64,000 bases of DNA from Vulcanimicrobiota bacterium (GCA_963833095.1 CAWHWQ010000002.1:1-64000), one strand, 5' to 3'; numbered from the stretch's first letter, positions 21,421-35,786 are shown. Numbers and translations are program-made. The notes: generated by a model from the letters alone, not told the origin.

Positions 21421-21636
21421 TTATTTGACGACGCCGCCGAGCGGGACGCCTGCACCAGAGATCGCAGACTTGGCTTGGGTTTCTGCGCCGCCGTCGATTG
21501 AAAGGCACAGGTTCGACGCCGTGTTCACGGTGGCGGGCTTGGGGATCATTTTTGCGGAAATTCCCGCGTCCTTCAGTGCCTTGGTAGCGATCATCGTGTC
21601 GGCGTTACTGCCGAAGAACAAAATCAAGTCAGCCAT
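21421..21636 (-). CDS. DUF3343-like small protein
   Basis: LILFF.S...I...KALK.AGI..KMIPKP....ASNLCL pattern. Confidence 0.65.
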   Translation of the reverse strand: MADLILFFGSNADTMIATKALKDAGISAKMIPKPATVNTASNLCLSIDGGAETQAKSAISGAGVPLGGVVK

Positions 21637-21649
21637 GACGCTGCGGCCC

Positions 21650-22987
21650 CTAGCCCGCCTCTCCGGTTACGAGTTGTGTCAGTGCCGCTGCGACTTCATT
21701 GAGCTCCGCCACGCGGTTCGACGCGTGTTGCATGCGGCTGCTCATCTCTTGCGACAGCGTGTCGATCACGATGATGTCGCTCTCTAGTTCTTGATTTACG
21801 GATTTGAGCTCGGCGAGTTTCGGTGACGGCGCGCTCTGGGCTGAAAGCTCGTCGATCAACTGACTGCTGCGCTCGACTGCCGCCTTGGTCATCGAGACGT
21901 GATCGCCCGAAACCTCGCTGCCCACGATAGCGACGCCGAGTTCCTTTGCGGCATCGCGTACCTGCTTGCTACGCCGCGCGAGGGTGTTTGAGAGAACCTG
22001 CACCACAGCCACGCCGAATGCAAGCGCGACGATCGCGGCGATCACACCCCAAATAACCACCGTCGTCGTCGTATGATTGATGATCGCGGTCAAATTCGCG
22101 AGCGGCGTGCCGTACCAGCGCGCGCCGATCACATGCTGCTGATCGTCGACGATCGGGTCGATGCGCACCAGATATTGCGTGCCGCCCTCCGTGTCGACGC
22201 CCGTGTAGGCGGTCCCGGTCGCGGCGACGCTTGCGGCCGGCTGTACCTGCTGATCGACGGTTCGCGTTCCATCCGGTTGCTGAATCGTGCTCGAAACGAT
22301 CGCATCGCCTTCGAGAATCGCCGAAGCACCGCCCAGCGCGGCGGTCGTCTGATCGACCAGATCGTAATAATGGTTGAGGAGGACGCCGCCCGAGATCGCT
22401 CCGATCGTGCGTTCGTTCTGATCGCTGATCGGAGCCGCCGCAACGATCGCAAGACCGCGATCGAGGTGCTCGGCTGCCGCCTTTCCGTCAACGCCGCGAA
22501 CATCCGTCTGGGCTTGCGGCGCGAGCCCCTCGCCCGCAAGCACACTCTGGTCGAGCAAAGCAGCCGTGCTAACCGTCTCGCCGGTGAGCGCGCGCGCGAT
22601 GAGCGGGTTGCTGTGTAGCGATCCGCGCTGCGCTCCATTTGCTCGCGCAATCACATTGCCGTTTGCGTCGACAACGGTGAGAAACGAGAGCCCCGAAGCG
22701 CGGGCGATGTTGGAAAGCTGGTCGGTCAGCGCGGCGACGTTGTGCGCCTGGAGGCTCTTGCGCAGCGCATCGCTGACCGCATCTTGCGCCACGAGCAGCC
22801 GAATTTGATCCTTACGTGAGTCCCAATACCCTTGGAATGCGCCGCCGCCGTTGGTCACTTGAGTCTGCCCCAGTTGGGTCAAGTCGTGCTGAAGCACGAC
22901 GCGCGTCGCGATGACGCTGACCAAGAAAAAGAATACGATCGCACCAACGATCGTTCCCAGAAGGCGTACGCGAAGACTCGCCCTCAT
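21650..22987 (-). CDS. Cache-domain membrane receptor with short cytoplasmic coiled coil and no output domain
   Basis: Two TM helices flank a Cache-like region ([29 protein letters not shown]); tail contains EVSGDHV..VIDTL. Confidence 0.8.
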   Translation of the reverse strand: MRASLRVRLLGTIVGAIVFFFLVSVIATRVVLQHDLTQLGQTQVTNGGGAFQGYWDSRKDQIRLLVAQDAVSDALRKSLQAHNVAALTDQLSNIARASGLSFLTVVDANGNVIARANGAQRGSLHSNPLIARALTGETVSTAALLDQSVLAGEGLAPQAQTDVRGVDGKAAAEHLDRGLAIVAAAPISDQNERTIGAISGGVLLNHYYDLVDQTTAALGGASAILEGDAIVSSTIQQPDGTRTVDQQVQPAASVAATGTAYTGVDTEGGTQYLVRIDPIVDDQQHVIGARWYGTPLANLTAIINHTTTTVVIWGVIAAIVALAFGVAVVQVLSNTLARRSKQVRDAAKELGVAIVGSEVSGDHVSMTKAAVERSSQLIDELSAQSAPSPKLAELKSVNQELESDIIVIDTLSQEMSSRMQHASNRVAELNEVAAALTQLVTGEAG

Positions 22988-24666
22988 GTAGTGACTCCCT
23001 CCGTCCCTGACTCACTCACTTTGTACTGCGCGAGACGCGAATCAATTCGACCGGCTAGATCATTCATTTGATCGACCGACTCCATCATGCGCTGCGCGGC
23101 ATCCGTGACTTCCTTATTAACGTAGGTAAGAACCTCGACCGACGAGGCATTTTGTTGCGAAATCGATGAAATATCCGAAAATGCTTTGCTGACGTCATCG
23201 GACTGCCGGGTCATCGACTGCGTCGCCTTCAGATTCAAGCTAACGGATTTGGTGATCTCTTCGATCTGGCGGATTACTTGGTACGAGTTGGCGCTCATGG
23301 CGCGAGTCACCGAGCTGATCTCGCCGATCTGCTGGTTGGCGGCGAGTACCGCGGAAACGATCTCTTGCAAGGCGCCCGAAGCGGAACTCGTGCTTCCCGT
23401 GCTCTCCTCAACGCGCTCGGTAAGGCGTTCCATCGCGCTTACGACTTCGAAAATGACGCCTTGAGTCGAACTGATGTGGCCGGCAATCTCTTTGGTCGCT
23501 TGCACGCTGCCGTCAGCCAGCTTGCGAATCTCGCTGGCGACGACAGCGAAACCACGTCCGTGCTCGCCGGCGCGGGCCGCTTCGATCGCAGCGTTGAGCG
23601 CGAGCAGATTCGTTTGTTCGGCGATGCGATCGATGACTTTGACGATGTCGCCGATTTGCTCGGAATTGTTGCCGAGCTGACCGATATCTTTGGCCAGATC
23701 GTTGATCGTCGTCCGAATCGTGTGCATGCCGTCGACGATCGTGCCGATCGCCGTGCCCCCGCGTTCCGCGGTTCGCGACGTCTCCGCCGTACTCGTCGAA
23801 AGCGAATCGACTTGCGCGGCAACTTCTTCAATCGAACTTGCCATGTTCGAAACTGCAAGCGCGGTCTCGTCCAGACTGCGCGTTTGTTCTTCAGCCGACG
23901 CGGCGATCGTCGAAATCGCCTCGGTGAGCACGACGACTTTCGAGGTCGCTTCTTCCACGATGCGCGATTGCTCTTGAATGCCTTCATCGAGCTGGCCCTG
24001 CGCGACCGCGGCGCCTTCGATGACGGCAAGCGCCGTCGACGCTGTTGTGCGCAGCTCAGCGCCGGCGTTGCCCAGGTTGCCGGCATTTCCATGGAGTTGA
24101 CGCAAGAACTCGCGCATCCCGAAGATGAGCTTGTTGAGCGCAATCGCGAGATCTTGAAGCTGTCCGTCACTGACCGCGATGTTTTTCGTGAAGTCTCCCT
24201 GCGAGACTTCACGAATTCCTGAAGCGAGCGCGGAGAGACTGGTGGACATCGCCGAACCATTTACCTCGCCACGCGGGAGCGCCGTGCGCGTCACCGGGCG
24301 GAACGCCAATTGGCCGGGAGCGATCTGATCGAGTTCCTCGATCGGTGAGATGTCTCCAAGGAAGAGCGCGCTGACGACCGCACCGCAGACTAAGACAAGC
24401 AGCGCCCCGATGAGCGGATCACCCGTCCCGTGCGCGCTGCGCGAGCCATAGTCGGCGACGGCCGCGAGCAAAGCCGCCGTAGCGCCGAGCGGGAATCCAG
24501 TGGCAGCGGCGACGAGCGCGACAACGACAACCAGCGGCGCTTCGATCGGGTAGGCCGATCCAAACCACGCGATGAGCGCACAGACGGCGACACCGAGAAC
24601 GGCCAGTCCCAGACGGGTCGGTAAACCGAACCGCGCCCGCAGACCGGCGAAGTAGGCAGAGATCAC
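22984..24666 (-). CDS. Methyl-accepting chemotaxis protein without an extracellular sensor domain
   Basis: Closely spaced N-terminal TM helices, HAMP-like segment, [37 protein letters not shown]. Confidence 0.95.
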   Translation of the reverse strand: MISAYFAGLRARFGLPTRLGLAVLGVAVCALIAWFGSAYPIEAPLVVVVALVAAATGFPLGATAALLAAVADYGSRSAHGTGDPLIGALLVLVCGAVVSALFLGDISPIEELDQIAPGQLAFRPVTRTALPRGEVNGSAMSTSLSALASGIREVSQGDFTKNIAVSDGQLQDLAIALNKLIFGMREFLRQLHGNAGNLGNAGAELRTTASTALAVIEGAAVAQGQLDEGIQEQSRIVEEATSKVVVLTEAISTIAASAEEQTRSLDETALAVSNMASSIEEVAAQVDSLSTSTAETSRTAERGGTAIGTIVDGMHTIRTTINDLAKDIGQLGNNSEQIGDIVKVIDRIAEQTNLLALNAAIEAARAGEHGRGFAVVASEIRKLADGSVQATKEIAGHISSTQGVIFEVVSAMERLTERVEESTGSTSSASGALQEIVSAVLAANQQIGEISSVTRAMSANSYQVIRQIEEITKSVSLNLKATQSMTRQSDDVSKAFSDISSISQQNASSVEVLTYVNKEVTDAAQRMMESVDQMNDLAGRIDSRLAQYKVSESGTEGVTT

Positions 24667-24732
24667 GACGCTCCCTTCAGAACGGACCGGCGTTTTAGAA
24701 ATTGACGGTTGAAAACGCCGTGACCTTTAGCC

Positions 24733-26037
24733 CTAATTCCGGCTGGGGCGCGCGCCGGCGACCAATTCGTCGAGCGCACGGGCGACCTCGCTGAGGCGCT
24801 CGACGCTGGCGGCCGCGTCACGCATGCGGGTCGAGAGCTCCGCGGTGAGCGTATCGATCACCACGACGTCGTCCACTGCCCGATGGGCCAAATCGCGCAA
24901 ATGCTGCACTCGCGTCCCCTCAGCGGCCCCGTCGGTCACGATCGAGCGGATCTCTTCGAGCGTCTCGCGCGTCTTGACCACGTGGTCCCCGGAGACCTCG
25001 CCCCCGACCACGAGCACCTTGAGCTCTTGCGCCGACTCGTTGACCTCCTCGCTGCGAACCATGATGGCGCGACCGATGCGGGAGGCAGAATACGTCCCAG
25101 CAACGAGCGCAAAGAGCAGTCCGACCGCGCCCCAGAGCACGATTTGGCCAAGCGTGTGATTCACGACCGCATCGAACTGCGCGAACGGGATCGCGAACCA
25201 ATACGCACCGATCACGTTGCCGTCGTAGGCTGCCAGCGGAGCGATCATCACGTAGTAATCGACATTGTCAATTTTCTGCTCGCCGCTGAACGTGGCGCGT
25301 TTTTGCACCACCCCGGTGTTCGGAATCGCTAGTCCTGTCTGCTTGACGCCCTCTTTTGTCGAGAGCGAGGTCGCGACCAGCGATCCATTCACGGCGATTC
25401 CGGCCTGTCCGCCGGTCAAATGGCTCACGTCGTCGACGAACTTTGCCGTCGAGTCGAGAACTTGGCCGCCGTAGAGAACGCCGACGGCTACGCCGTTCAC
25501 GTTCACCGGTGAGGCCGTAACGATTGCAAGCGCCGGAGCGGCGGTCGACACGCCGAGCGCGGCCAAATCGCGCGAATCGAGCAACTCGGGCCCGCCGATC
25601 AAGCCGCCGGCGAGCGCGCTTGCAACGACGCCGTCTTTGGCGAGCGTGCCGGAGGCCGCACGGCTGCCGGCGAGCACCGCGCCCTTCGCGTCGGTAATCA
25701 CCACGAACGAGAGATTTCCCGAGATGGCCGTATCGGAAGCGCTCGAGCGCAGCGCCGTCAGATCGCGCTGCTGCAAAGCGCGCGCCAATGACGGCTGCGA
25801 GGCAGCTTGCAAAATCAACGTGCGGGTTTGTTCGACACGTGAAGCAACCGCGCCGGCCAGCGCATTCGATCCGGCCTCAACACTCTGCGCGGCGAGCGCC
25901 TTTACGTCGTTGCGTAGACCAAAATTGACGCCGGCCAGCAACAGCACGAAGGCCAGCACGAGAACGACGACCAGCGTCACGACCAATCGCGCGCGTAACC
26001 CCACCACCCAGCACCCCGCAACGAACGAACCAAGCAA
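24733..26037 (-). CDS. Cache-domain membrane receptor, paralog of 21650-22987 (start may be near 26007)
   Basis: Same architecture (LSFVVITDAKG, IGAYWFA) and same EVSGDHV..VIDTL..RM tail. Confidence 0.8.
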   Translation of the reverse strand: MLGSFVAGCWVVGLRARLVVTLVVVLVLAFVLLLAGVNFGLRNDVKALAAQSVEAGSNALAGAVASRVEQTRTLILQAASQPSLARALQQRDLTALRSSASDTAISGNLSFVVITDAKGAVLAGSRAASGTLAKDGVVASALAGGLIGGPELLDSRDLAALGVSTAAPALAIVTASPVNVNGVAVGVLYGGQVLDSTAKFVDDVSHLTGGQAGIAVNGSLVATSLSTKEGVKQTGLAIPNTGVVQKRATFSGEQKIDNVDYYVMIAPLAAYDGNVIGAYWFAIPFAQFDAVVNHTLGQIVLWGAVGLLFALVAGTYSASRIGRAIMVRSEEVNESAQELKVLVVGGEVSGDHVVKTRETLEEIRSIVTDGAAEGTRVQHLRDLAHRAVDDVVVIDTLTAELSTRMRDAAASVERLSEVARALDELVAGARPSRN

Positions 26038-26108
26038 ACGCTTACGAGCGTAGGGTCGCGAGGTAAAGGGGCTGCTAAGCTCGGCTTATCGCGAGTTTAA
26101 CGTGGTGT

Positions 26109-26651
26109 TCAGCGTTCGTTACGCGCGCGACTCATGCGTTTGTCGCACGTTTCGCAGAAATGCGACATTTTGTTGTCGGTCTCAAAAATCGAATTCGAAT
26201 AATACATCGCGCATCGCGCATTATAGCAGTGGCGTAAGCCGAACGCGTGCCCGAGCTCGTGCACGCACTCTTTGAGCGTGCGTTGAAACAAGGTATTGGC
26301 ATCGGACTCCTCGCCGTAGTATTCCGAGCGTAACCGGTGCAAGGATACGGCGGCAACGCCTTGTGTTTCGTCGGCATCGCCATAGATGAAGCGGTGCGAC
26401 GTTTTGTAGAGGTCGTACTCGGTTAGCGCCAGATACGGGCCCGCGCCGTCAGGGTGCGCTCGGCGAACGCGCGCGACCAAGGTCGAGAGAAAGAGTTGCC
26501 CGCGCGTCGCGTTGAGCGTACTGCGCGGAACCGCGAGGGCTCGCTCGATCTGCACCGTCGAAAGGAATCGTTCTTCTAAACACGGCGCAAGCCGGTCGAG
26601 AAAGGCGCCTTCCATGGCGTTGATCGGAACGATGCGGATACGCGACTCCAT
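26109..26651 (-). CDS. Archaemetzincin (M54) zinc metalloprotease
   Basis: KECVHELGHAFGLRHC..CAM..S..FCETC. Confidence 0.93.
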   Translation of the reverse strand: MESRIRIVPINAMEGAFLDRLAPCLEERFLSTVQIERALAVPRSTLNATRGQLFLSTLVARVRRAHPDGAGPYLALTEYDLYKTSHRFIYGDADETQGVAAVSLHRLRSEYYGEESDANTLFQRTLKECVHELGHAFGLRHCYNARCAMYYSNSIFETDNKMSHFCETCDKRMSRARNER

Positions 26652-26712
26652 CTTGAGGCGACGCGCTTCGACATCGCAGGTCTCGACACCGCTTGCAGCG
26701 CAAAGGCTTCTC

Positions 26713-27075
26713 ATGATCGTCGGAATCGGCATCGACCTTGCCGAGGTGGAACGCTATCGCTTCGACGAGCGCGCGCTGGCGTGGTTCGCGCGCAAAGTGT
26801 ACACCGAAGAAGAAATGGCCTACGCACTGCGCAAGCGCCACTGGCCCGAGCGTCTGGCCGGATTCTTCGCAGCGAAGGAAGCGGCGCGAAAAGCCTTCGG
26901 GCATGCCATCCCGTGGCGGCAAGTGGGTGTTTCGCACGAACGCAGCGGCAAACCGATCGTTCGTTTCTACGGCGCGGCTGAGCATCTGCCGGCCTCGCGC
27001 TCGCTCTCATCGATACACTTGACGATCACGCATTCGGCGACGACCGCTGCGGCCGTCGTCATACTAGAACGATGA
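26713..27075 (+). CDS. acpS: Holo-ACP synthase
   Basis: MIVGIGIDL, FAAKEAARKA, SGKP, LTITHS. Confidence 0.95.
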   Translation: MIVGIGIDLAEVERYRFDERALAWFARKVYTEEEMAYALRKRHWPERLAGFFAAKEAARKAFGHAIPWRQVGVSHERSGKPIVRFYGAAEHLPASRSLSSIHLTITHSATTAAAVVILER

Positions 27076-28597
27076 TCCGGGTTCTCACACCGGCAGAAAT
27101 GCGCGACGCCGACGCACAGGCCGGCGCCGTGACCGGCGACGTGACGCTGATGCGCGCGGCAGGTGCGGCGATCGCGCAGTACGTGCGGGGCTTGACGACC
27201 AGTGGTCGCGTCGTCGCGTTTGCCGGCCCCGGCAACAACGGCGGCGATGCCTACGCCGCGCTCGCTGCGCTCGAGCCCGCGTACGAACGAATCATCTACG
27301 GCGAACATGAGATCGCGGGCTCGGCGGCGCGAACCGACGCGCTGGCGATGGCGCGCGCAAAGGGCGTCGAACTGCGCCCGTTGCCGCAGGACGATCGAAG
27401 CGCGCGCGACGCTCTTACGGATGCTTTTGTTGGAATCGACGGGCTCTTTGGAACCGGCGCGCGCCTTCCAGTCGATCCGCGGTATCTTGCGGCCGTTCGC
27501 GCGCTCGACGCGCGAGAACATCACGTGCTGGCAATCGATGTTCCAAGCGGCGTCGATGCGCTCACCGGTGCCGTGCCGGGCGACGCGGTGCGCGCGAGCG
27601 CCACCATTGCGCTTGCCGCCATGAAGCCCGGACTCTTGTTCGAGCCCGCGCGCGCGTACGCGGGTGAACTGTGGATTGCCGACATCGGCATCGACGACGC
27701 GACGCTTGGCGCTCAGGCTAAGACCTTCGACGCGCTCGACAATGCCGCGTTTCTCGATCTGCTGCCGCACCGCGCGCGCGACGCCGACAAGCGCAGCGCC
27801 GGCGCGCCGTTGATCGTTGCCGGCTCGGCGCAATTTCCCGGCGCGGCCGTTCTATGCGCGCGCGGCTGCCGCCCGCGCCGGCGCAGGATACGTCACCGTC
27901 GCGACCGCGACCGACGCGGCACCGGTTCTGCGGGCGCACCTGATCGAGCAGGTCGTCGTCACCTTCTCGAGCACAGGCATCGAGACCGCGAGCGATGATC
28001 TGATCGACATCGCCGCGCGAAACGGTTCGGTCGGCATTGGCCCGGGGCTCGCGCTCGACGATTGGACCGGCGCGATGATTCGTGGGTTTGTGGAGCGCTG
28101 CACGCTCCCGATGGTCATCGACGCAAGCGCACTCTTTCATTTCGCTAAACACCTCGATGTGTTGCGCGGGAAGGCCTGCGTGCTTACGCCGCATGAGGGT
28201 GAGTTCGCGCGGCTCTCGGGGCGTGGAACGATTGCACCGGGTACGCGCGTCGAACGACTGCGCGAATTTACCGCAGCGTACGGGCATAACGACCCTGCTC
28301 AAAGGACCGGCTACACTGATCGACGACGGAACGATCGTGCACATCAATCCGACCGGATCGAGCGCGCTTGCGACAGCCGGCACCGGCGACGTGCTCACCG
28401 GCATCATCGCGACGTTGCTTGCGCAGGGGCTTGCGCCGGTCGACGCCGCGCGTGTCGGCGCCTATTGGCACGGTCTGGCCGCGCGCCGATGCGCCGCCGA
28501 ACGCGCCGTCGGCGTCGTTGCCGGTGATCTGCCTGAGTCGTTGGCGAGCGCGCTTCCGCAGCGCGCGCCGCCGGCCGCGCTGTTACGCTACGCTTGA
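27072..28597 (+). CDS. nnr: Bifunctional NAD(P)HX epimerase/dehydratase (two apparent indels)
   Basis: GPGNNGGD, DGLFGTG, IDVPSG, GPGL, LTPHEGEF, LATAGTGDVLTG across three frames. Confidence 0.92.
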
Positions 28598-28990
28598 GAA
28601 AGCGGTCAGCAAACGCTCTTCCACGCGGATGCGCTTGAGCAAGTTACTGACGAATGTTTCGAGCTCATCGCGAAACGCTTGCGTGAGCAACATTTGCGGG
28701 TCAGCGTGCCGCCATCGCGCCGCGAGCAACTCGAACTGCTGCGGAAACTGCTCTTGTTCCTCGAGCACGTGTTCCGCCAATCGCCGCACAAAATCGCTCG
28801 GATGCCGCATAAGCAACCGATATCCAACGGCAAGATCTATCGAGAGGTGCGCTTCTAAATTGCGCGTTAAACGGTAAAACGTCGATGCGATGAGCGTCGT
28901 ATCGCACTCATCGATGGCCCGAAACAGCGACGCCGCGTCGTCATGCAGTTGTGCGTGCCGGAGTAAGATTTCCGTTTGGCTGCCGACCAT
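28583..28990 (-). CDS. Hemerythrin-like helical protein
   Basis: H..L, LEAHLSID..Y..L, and RIRVEERLL pattern. Confidence 0.5.
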   Translation of the reverse strand: MVGSQTEILLRHAQLHDDAASLFRAIDECDTTLIASTFYRLTRNLEAHLSIDLAVGYRLLMRHPSDFVRRLAEHVLEEQEQFPQQFELLAARWRHADPQMLLTQAFRDELETFVSNLLKRIRVEERLLTAFSSVA

Positions 28991-29026
28991 GGTACATCCA
29001 CCCCCGTACTGACTGGTCAGGGGAGG

Positions 29027-31034
<2,008 letters not shown>

Positions 31035-31038
<4 letters not shown>

Positions 31039-31381
31039 GCTCGGGCGATGCCGATCTGGATCGGGTACCCGTCCGGATCGCTGATCACCGCGATGCGCCC
31101 GAACGCCTCATCGTAGGGATACTTGCAGAACGGGCACGCGCAGCGTGCGCGCAGTCGGCGACGAACCGGTCGACGTTGTCCACGGTGAAGCCGAGTTGCA
31201 GCGAACCCGGGCCGCACCGCCAGCAGTTCGCTCTCCGGATGCAATCCAAGCGTGACGCCGTCGGCCAGTTCGAACTCGACCCAATGCGGGCGAGCGATCG
31301 GTGAGCTGCTTGCAGGCCGATGCACGTCTTCGATAGAAAATCGCGCGAGCGCGCAAGATCGGAACAGACGAGCATCACCAT
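31035..31381 (-). CDS. VOC/glyoxalase family protein (apparent indels)
   Basis: [44 protein letters not shown]. Confidence 0.8.
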
Positions 31382-31397
31382 GGCAAACACCGATGGG

Positions 31398-34375
31398 TTA
31401 GGCTTCGACGGCGACCCGGTCGCCCTTCGCGAGATCGTCGAGGACGGCCAAATTTTCGCGTTCCATGCGTTCGAGCGCGATCTCGTCGGGCCGTGGTGGC
31501 CGACCGCGCGCTGGTCGTCGAGGACCGGCACGAGGTACTGCGCCGGTGTACGAGTCTTGGTTCGTGGCGAGTTCCTCCGGGCGTGCCGGTGGCGACGACT
31601 CGTGCCGCCGCGGTCGCCGCCTTCCGGGCCGAGATCGATCAGATAGTCGGCGGTCTTGATCACGTCGAGGTTGTGCTCGATCACGAGCACCGTGTTGCCG
31701 GTCTGCACGAGCCGCTGCAGGACCTCGAGCAGTTTGTGGATGTCGGCGAAATGCAGGCCGGTCGTCGGCTCGTCGAGCACGTAGAACGTGCGGCCGGTCG
31801 AGCGGCGCGACAGTTCGGTCGCGAGCTTGACGCGCTGCGCCTCGCCGCCGGAGAGCGTCGTCGCCGGCTGGCCCATCTTGATGTAGCCGAGGCCGACTTC
31901 GCAGATCGTCTTGAGCTTGTTGTGGATGCGCGGAATCGCGGCGAAGAACTCGTTGGCTTCGTCGACGCGCATCTCGAGCACGTCGGCGATCGTCTTGCCC
32001 TTGTACTTCACTTCGAGCGTCTGCGCGTTGTAGCGCTTGCCTTTGCAGACTTCGCACGGCACGTAGACGTCGGGCAGGAAGTGCATCTCGATCTTGATGA
32101 TGCCGTCGCCCTCGCACGCTTCGCAGCGGCCGCCCTTGACGTTGAACGAAAACCGGCCCGGCGTGTAGCCGCGCATCTTGGCTTCGGGCACCATCGAAAA
32201 CAGCTCGCGAATGATGATCGAACGTACCGGTGTAGGTCGCCGGATTGGAGCGCGGCGTGCGGCCGATCGGCGATTGATCGATCACGACCAGCTTGTCGAG
32301 CTGGCCTGCGCCCTTGACCGTGCCGTAGGTGCCGCCGGCGGGTTGGCCGTGCAGATGCTGGTTGAGCGCGCGCACCAGCACCTCGTTGACCAGCGACGAT
32401 TTGCCGCTGCCGCTCACGCCGGTGACGGCGCGAAAGCGCCGATCGGAAACGTCGACGTCGAGGCCGTTGATGTTGTTGGCCTTCGCGTTGCGCACTTCGA
32501 GCCAGCGCGCGCGGCTCGCGGCGGCGTCTTCGGAATCGGAATGAACTTGCGCCCCGAAAGATAGGCGCCGGTCTCGGATTCGGGATTGTCAAGGACTTCG
32601 TCGAGCGTGCCGACGGTGAGAATCTCGCCGCCTTCGGCGCCCGCGCCCGGGCCGATATCGACGACCACGTCGGCGGTGCGCATCGTATCCTCGTCGTGCT
32701 CGATGACGATCAGCGTGTTGCCGAGATCGCGCAGCGTTTTCAGCGTCGCCAGCAGCCGGTCGTTGTCGCGCTGGTGCAGCCCGATCGACGGCTCGTCGAG
32801 AATGTAGAGCACGCCGACCAGCGCGCTGCCGATCTGCGTCGCCAGGCGGATGCGCTGCGATTCGCCGCCCGAGAGCGTCGTCGCCGAGCGCGCGAGCGTG
32901 AGATAGTTCAGACCGACGTTGGTGAGGAAGCCGAGGCGCGCGCGGATCTCTTTGACGATTTGGTGCGCGATCTGCTCCTGGCGCGCGGTCAGCTCGAGCT
33001 CGCGGAAAAAGCTTCGGAGTTTTCGATCGACATCCGCGTCACCGCGTCGATGTTTTCGCCGCCGACCGTGACCGCCAGCGCTTCGGGTTTGAGGCGCGCG
33101 CCCTTGCAGGTCGGGCACGTCGATGCCGACATGAACTTCTCGATGTCTTCCTTGACGTAGTCGCTCGAGGTTTCGCTGTAACGGCGCTGCAGGTTGTTGA
33201 TGACGCCTTCGAACGACGCCTCTGTACTCCCACGTCTTGCCCGCGCGCGACGTATAGGCGAAATTCTGCTCGTTTTCGGTGCCGTAGAGGATCACGTCGA
33301 CGACGTCGTCCGAGAGATCCTCGATCGGCGTCGACATCTTCACGCGGTACTTGCGCAGCACGCGTTCGAGCTGCTGCAGGTAGTACGGATTCATCGACGG
33401 GAAACGGCCGCCGCCCAAACTCTTGCTCCACGGCACGATCGCGCCGTCCTCGATCGACTTGCTGCGGTCCGGAATCACCTTCCACGGATCGATCTCGATC
33501 TTTTCGCCCAGGCCGCTGCACGCCGGGCACGCGCCGTACGGCGAGTTGAACGAGAACAGGCGCGGCGCCAGCTCTTCGAACGAGAGCCCGCAGTGCACGC
33601 ACGCGAAGGCTTCGCTGAACGTCAGCTCGCGCCAGCTTTGTCTTCGCCCGCTTCGTCGAAGCACGGTGACGATGCCGGTCGAGAGGCGCAAGCGTCGTTT
33701 CGACCGAGTCGGTCAGCCGCTTGCGAATATCGGGCTTCATCACGAGGCGGTCGACGACGACTTCGATCGTGTGCTTGCGCTTCTTATCGAGCACGATCTT
33801 CTCGCGCAGTTCTTTGATCTCGCCGTCGACGCGCACGCGCGCGAAGCCCTCTTTGGCGACTTCCTCGAACAGCTTGGCGTACTCGCCCTTGCGGCCGCGA
33901 ACCAGCGGCGCGAGCAGCTGGATGCGCGTGCCTTCGGGCAGCTCCATAATCGCGTCGACGATCTGCTCGCTCGATTGCGAGCTGATCTCGCGACCGCAGT
34001 TGTAGCAATGCGGCGTGCCGACGCGCGCGAAGAGCAAGCGCAGGTAGTCGTAGATCTCGGTGACGGTACCGACCGTCGAGCGCGGATTGCGCGAGGTCGA
34101 CTTCTGATCGATCGAAATCGCCGGCGAAAGCCCCTCGATGTAATCGACGTCGGGCTTCTCCATCTGTCCCAGAAACTGCCGCGCGTACGACGAGAGCGAC
34201 TCGACGTAGCGGCGCTGCCCTTCGGCGTAAATCGTATCGAACGCGAGCGACGATTTCCCCGACCGGAAAGGCCGGTGACGACGATGAGCCGGTTGCGCGG
34301 CAGGGCGAGGTCGATGTTCTTGAGGTTGTGTTCGCGCGCGCCCTTGATGACGATGTGATCAAGACCGGCGGCCAT
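31398..34375 (-). CDS. uvrA: Excinuclease ABC subunit A (apparent indels)
   Basis: [57 protein letters not shown]. Confidence 0.97.
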
Positions 34376-34384
34376 ATAGCTCCC

Positions 34385-35068
34385 CTACAACTCCTTAGCC
34401 TGGTGGGTGAGTTTCAGGTACTCGCCGGCAATAACCAAGGAGGCGTACGAAACGACGACTTGCCCGATGAGCCCGGCCAAGAGCGCCCCGCCCAGCTCCG
34501 AGAACCGCCCCGCGAGCAAACCAAGCCAGCCCCCAAGCGCCGCGATCACCGCGATTAACCCGACCACCGCGAGGGTCGGCAGAGCGTTGGCGAGCGCCGT
34601 GGAAGCGGACTCGACGATCCCGGCGATTGGCGGTCGCTCCCCGATGACGACCGCGGCCATCGTGTAAATGAAGAACACGGCGTAAACGAGCAGCGTGACC
34701 CCGAAGGTTGTCGGCGCGAGCGCCGCCGCGCAAAATCCCATGACGAGCAGCAGCACCGCGGCTCCGGCAGCGGGCCAGAGCCGGTGGGCCAGAGCTTCCC
34801 ACCCGTCGCGCAAACTCGTGCGTTCGTGGCGCCAGGCGGCGCCCGCCATGCCGGTGGTATAGGCCAACTGCGCAAGCGAAATCGCCAGCGTAACCGTCAC
34901 CAGCAAGCCCACGAGTAACAGCTGGTCGGAGACTGCCTGCGTAGCAATCGAGGCAGCCGTCTGCAGTGCGCCCGCTACGATTCCCGGAACCAAAATCACC
35001 GGATTGCGCGCGAGCAGCACCCAGGCTCGCGCAAACGTGCTCTCCAGATCGCGCGCGCTTTGCGTCAT
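34385..35068 (-). CDS. Integral membrane hypothetical protein
   Basis: 227-aa ORF with several hydrophobic helices, inside the operon. Confidence 0.75.
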   Translation of the reverse strand: MTQSARDLESTFARAWVLLARNPVILVPGIVAGALQTAASIATQAVSDQLLLVGLLVTVTLAISLAQLAYTTGMAGAAWRHERTSLRDGWEALAHRLWPAAGAAVLLLVMGFCAAALAPTTFGVTLLVYAVFFIYTMAAVVIGERPPIAGIVESASTALANALPTLAVVGLIAVIAALGGWLGLLAGRFSELGGALLAGLIGQVVVSYASLVIAGEYLKLTHQAKEL

Positions 35069-35784
35069 GCCCGTTCCAGGGCGCCTAGCACTTCGTTGAT
35101 CGATGCGCAGGTCGCGTTCGGCGGCGGCGCGCCTTCGGGCACGCGCTCGTCACGGATATTCAGCCACACGGCATAGAGCCCAGCCTCAAGCGCGCCACGC
35201 ACATCGCGGTCGTAGCGGTCACCGACCATCGCGCTGCGCGCGGGCGCGGATCCCATCGTCGTGCAGGCATGCGCGAAGAGCAGCGGGTCGGGCTTGATCA
35301 TACCCACTTCATCGGCAATGAAGATTGCGTCGAAGAACTCACCGATCTGCAGCAGTTTGATTTTCTCGCGGTGCGTCTCGGAAAAGCCGTTGGTGAGAAT
35401 ACCCAAGCGCAGACCGCGTTCACGCAAGGCGCGCAGCAGTTCGATCGCGCCGGGGAAAACCGCAAAATACTTCTTCCGGTATTCGTTATAGGTCGCAGCG
35501 CTTCGTTGCGCGAGACTGCGATCGGCGATACCGACGCGTTCGAGTGCGGAGTTCCACATCATCTCCCGCAAGCCCGAGAGACGTGTGCGCAGTTGATCCG
35601 GCGTCAAGCGGTGCCAGAAACCTTCGGCTTCCGCGATGTAGGCGCGCTTGACCGCGAGCGCATCGACACCGCGCTCGAGCGCGATCTCGCGCGCGACCTC
35701 CTCGGCCGCACTTTGGAATGCGTAGGTATCGTCGTGCAACGTATCGTCCAAGTCGAACAAGACGACTTCCAGATGCCGGCTCAC
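35065..35784 (-). CDS. HAD-family hydrolase
   Basis: FDLDDTL, LTNG, KPDP, VGDRYDRDV. Confidence 0.93.
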   Translation of the reverse strand: MSRHLEVVLFDLDDTLHDDTYAFQSAAEEVAREIALERGVDALAVKRAYIAEAEGFWHRLTPDQLRTRLSGLREMMWNSALERVGIADRSLAQRSAATYNEYRKKYFAVFPGAIELLRALRERGLRLGILTNGFSETHREKIKLLQIGEFFDAIFIADEVGMIKPDPLLFAHACTTMGSAPARSAMVGDRYDRDVRGALEAGLYAVWLNIRDERVPEGAPPPNATCASINEVLGALERA

Positions 35785-35786
35785 GG

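Noticed and set aside
24670..24732. sigma28 promoter or riboswitch before the MCP
   Set aside because: A hairpin (CGGCGTTTT/AAAACGCCG) is present, but matches to TAAA-N15-GCCGATAA or known riboswitch motifs are poor.
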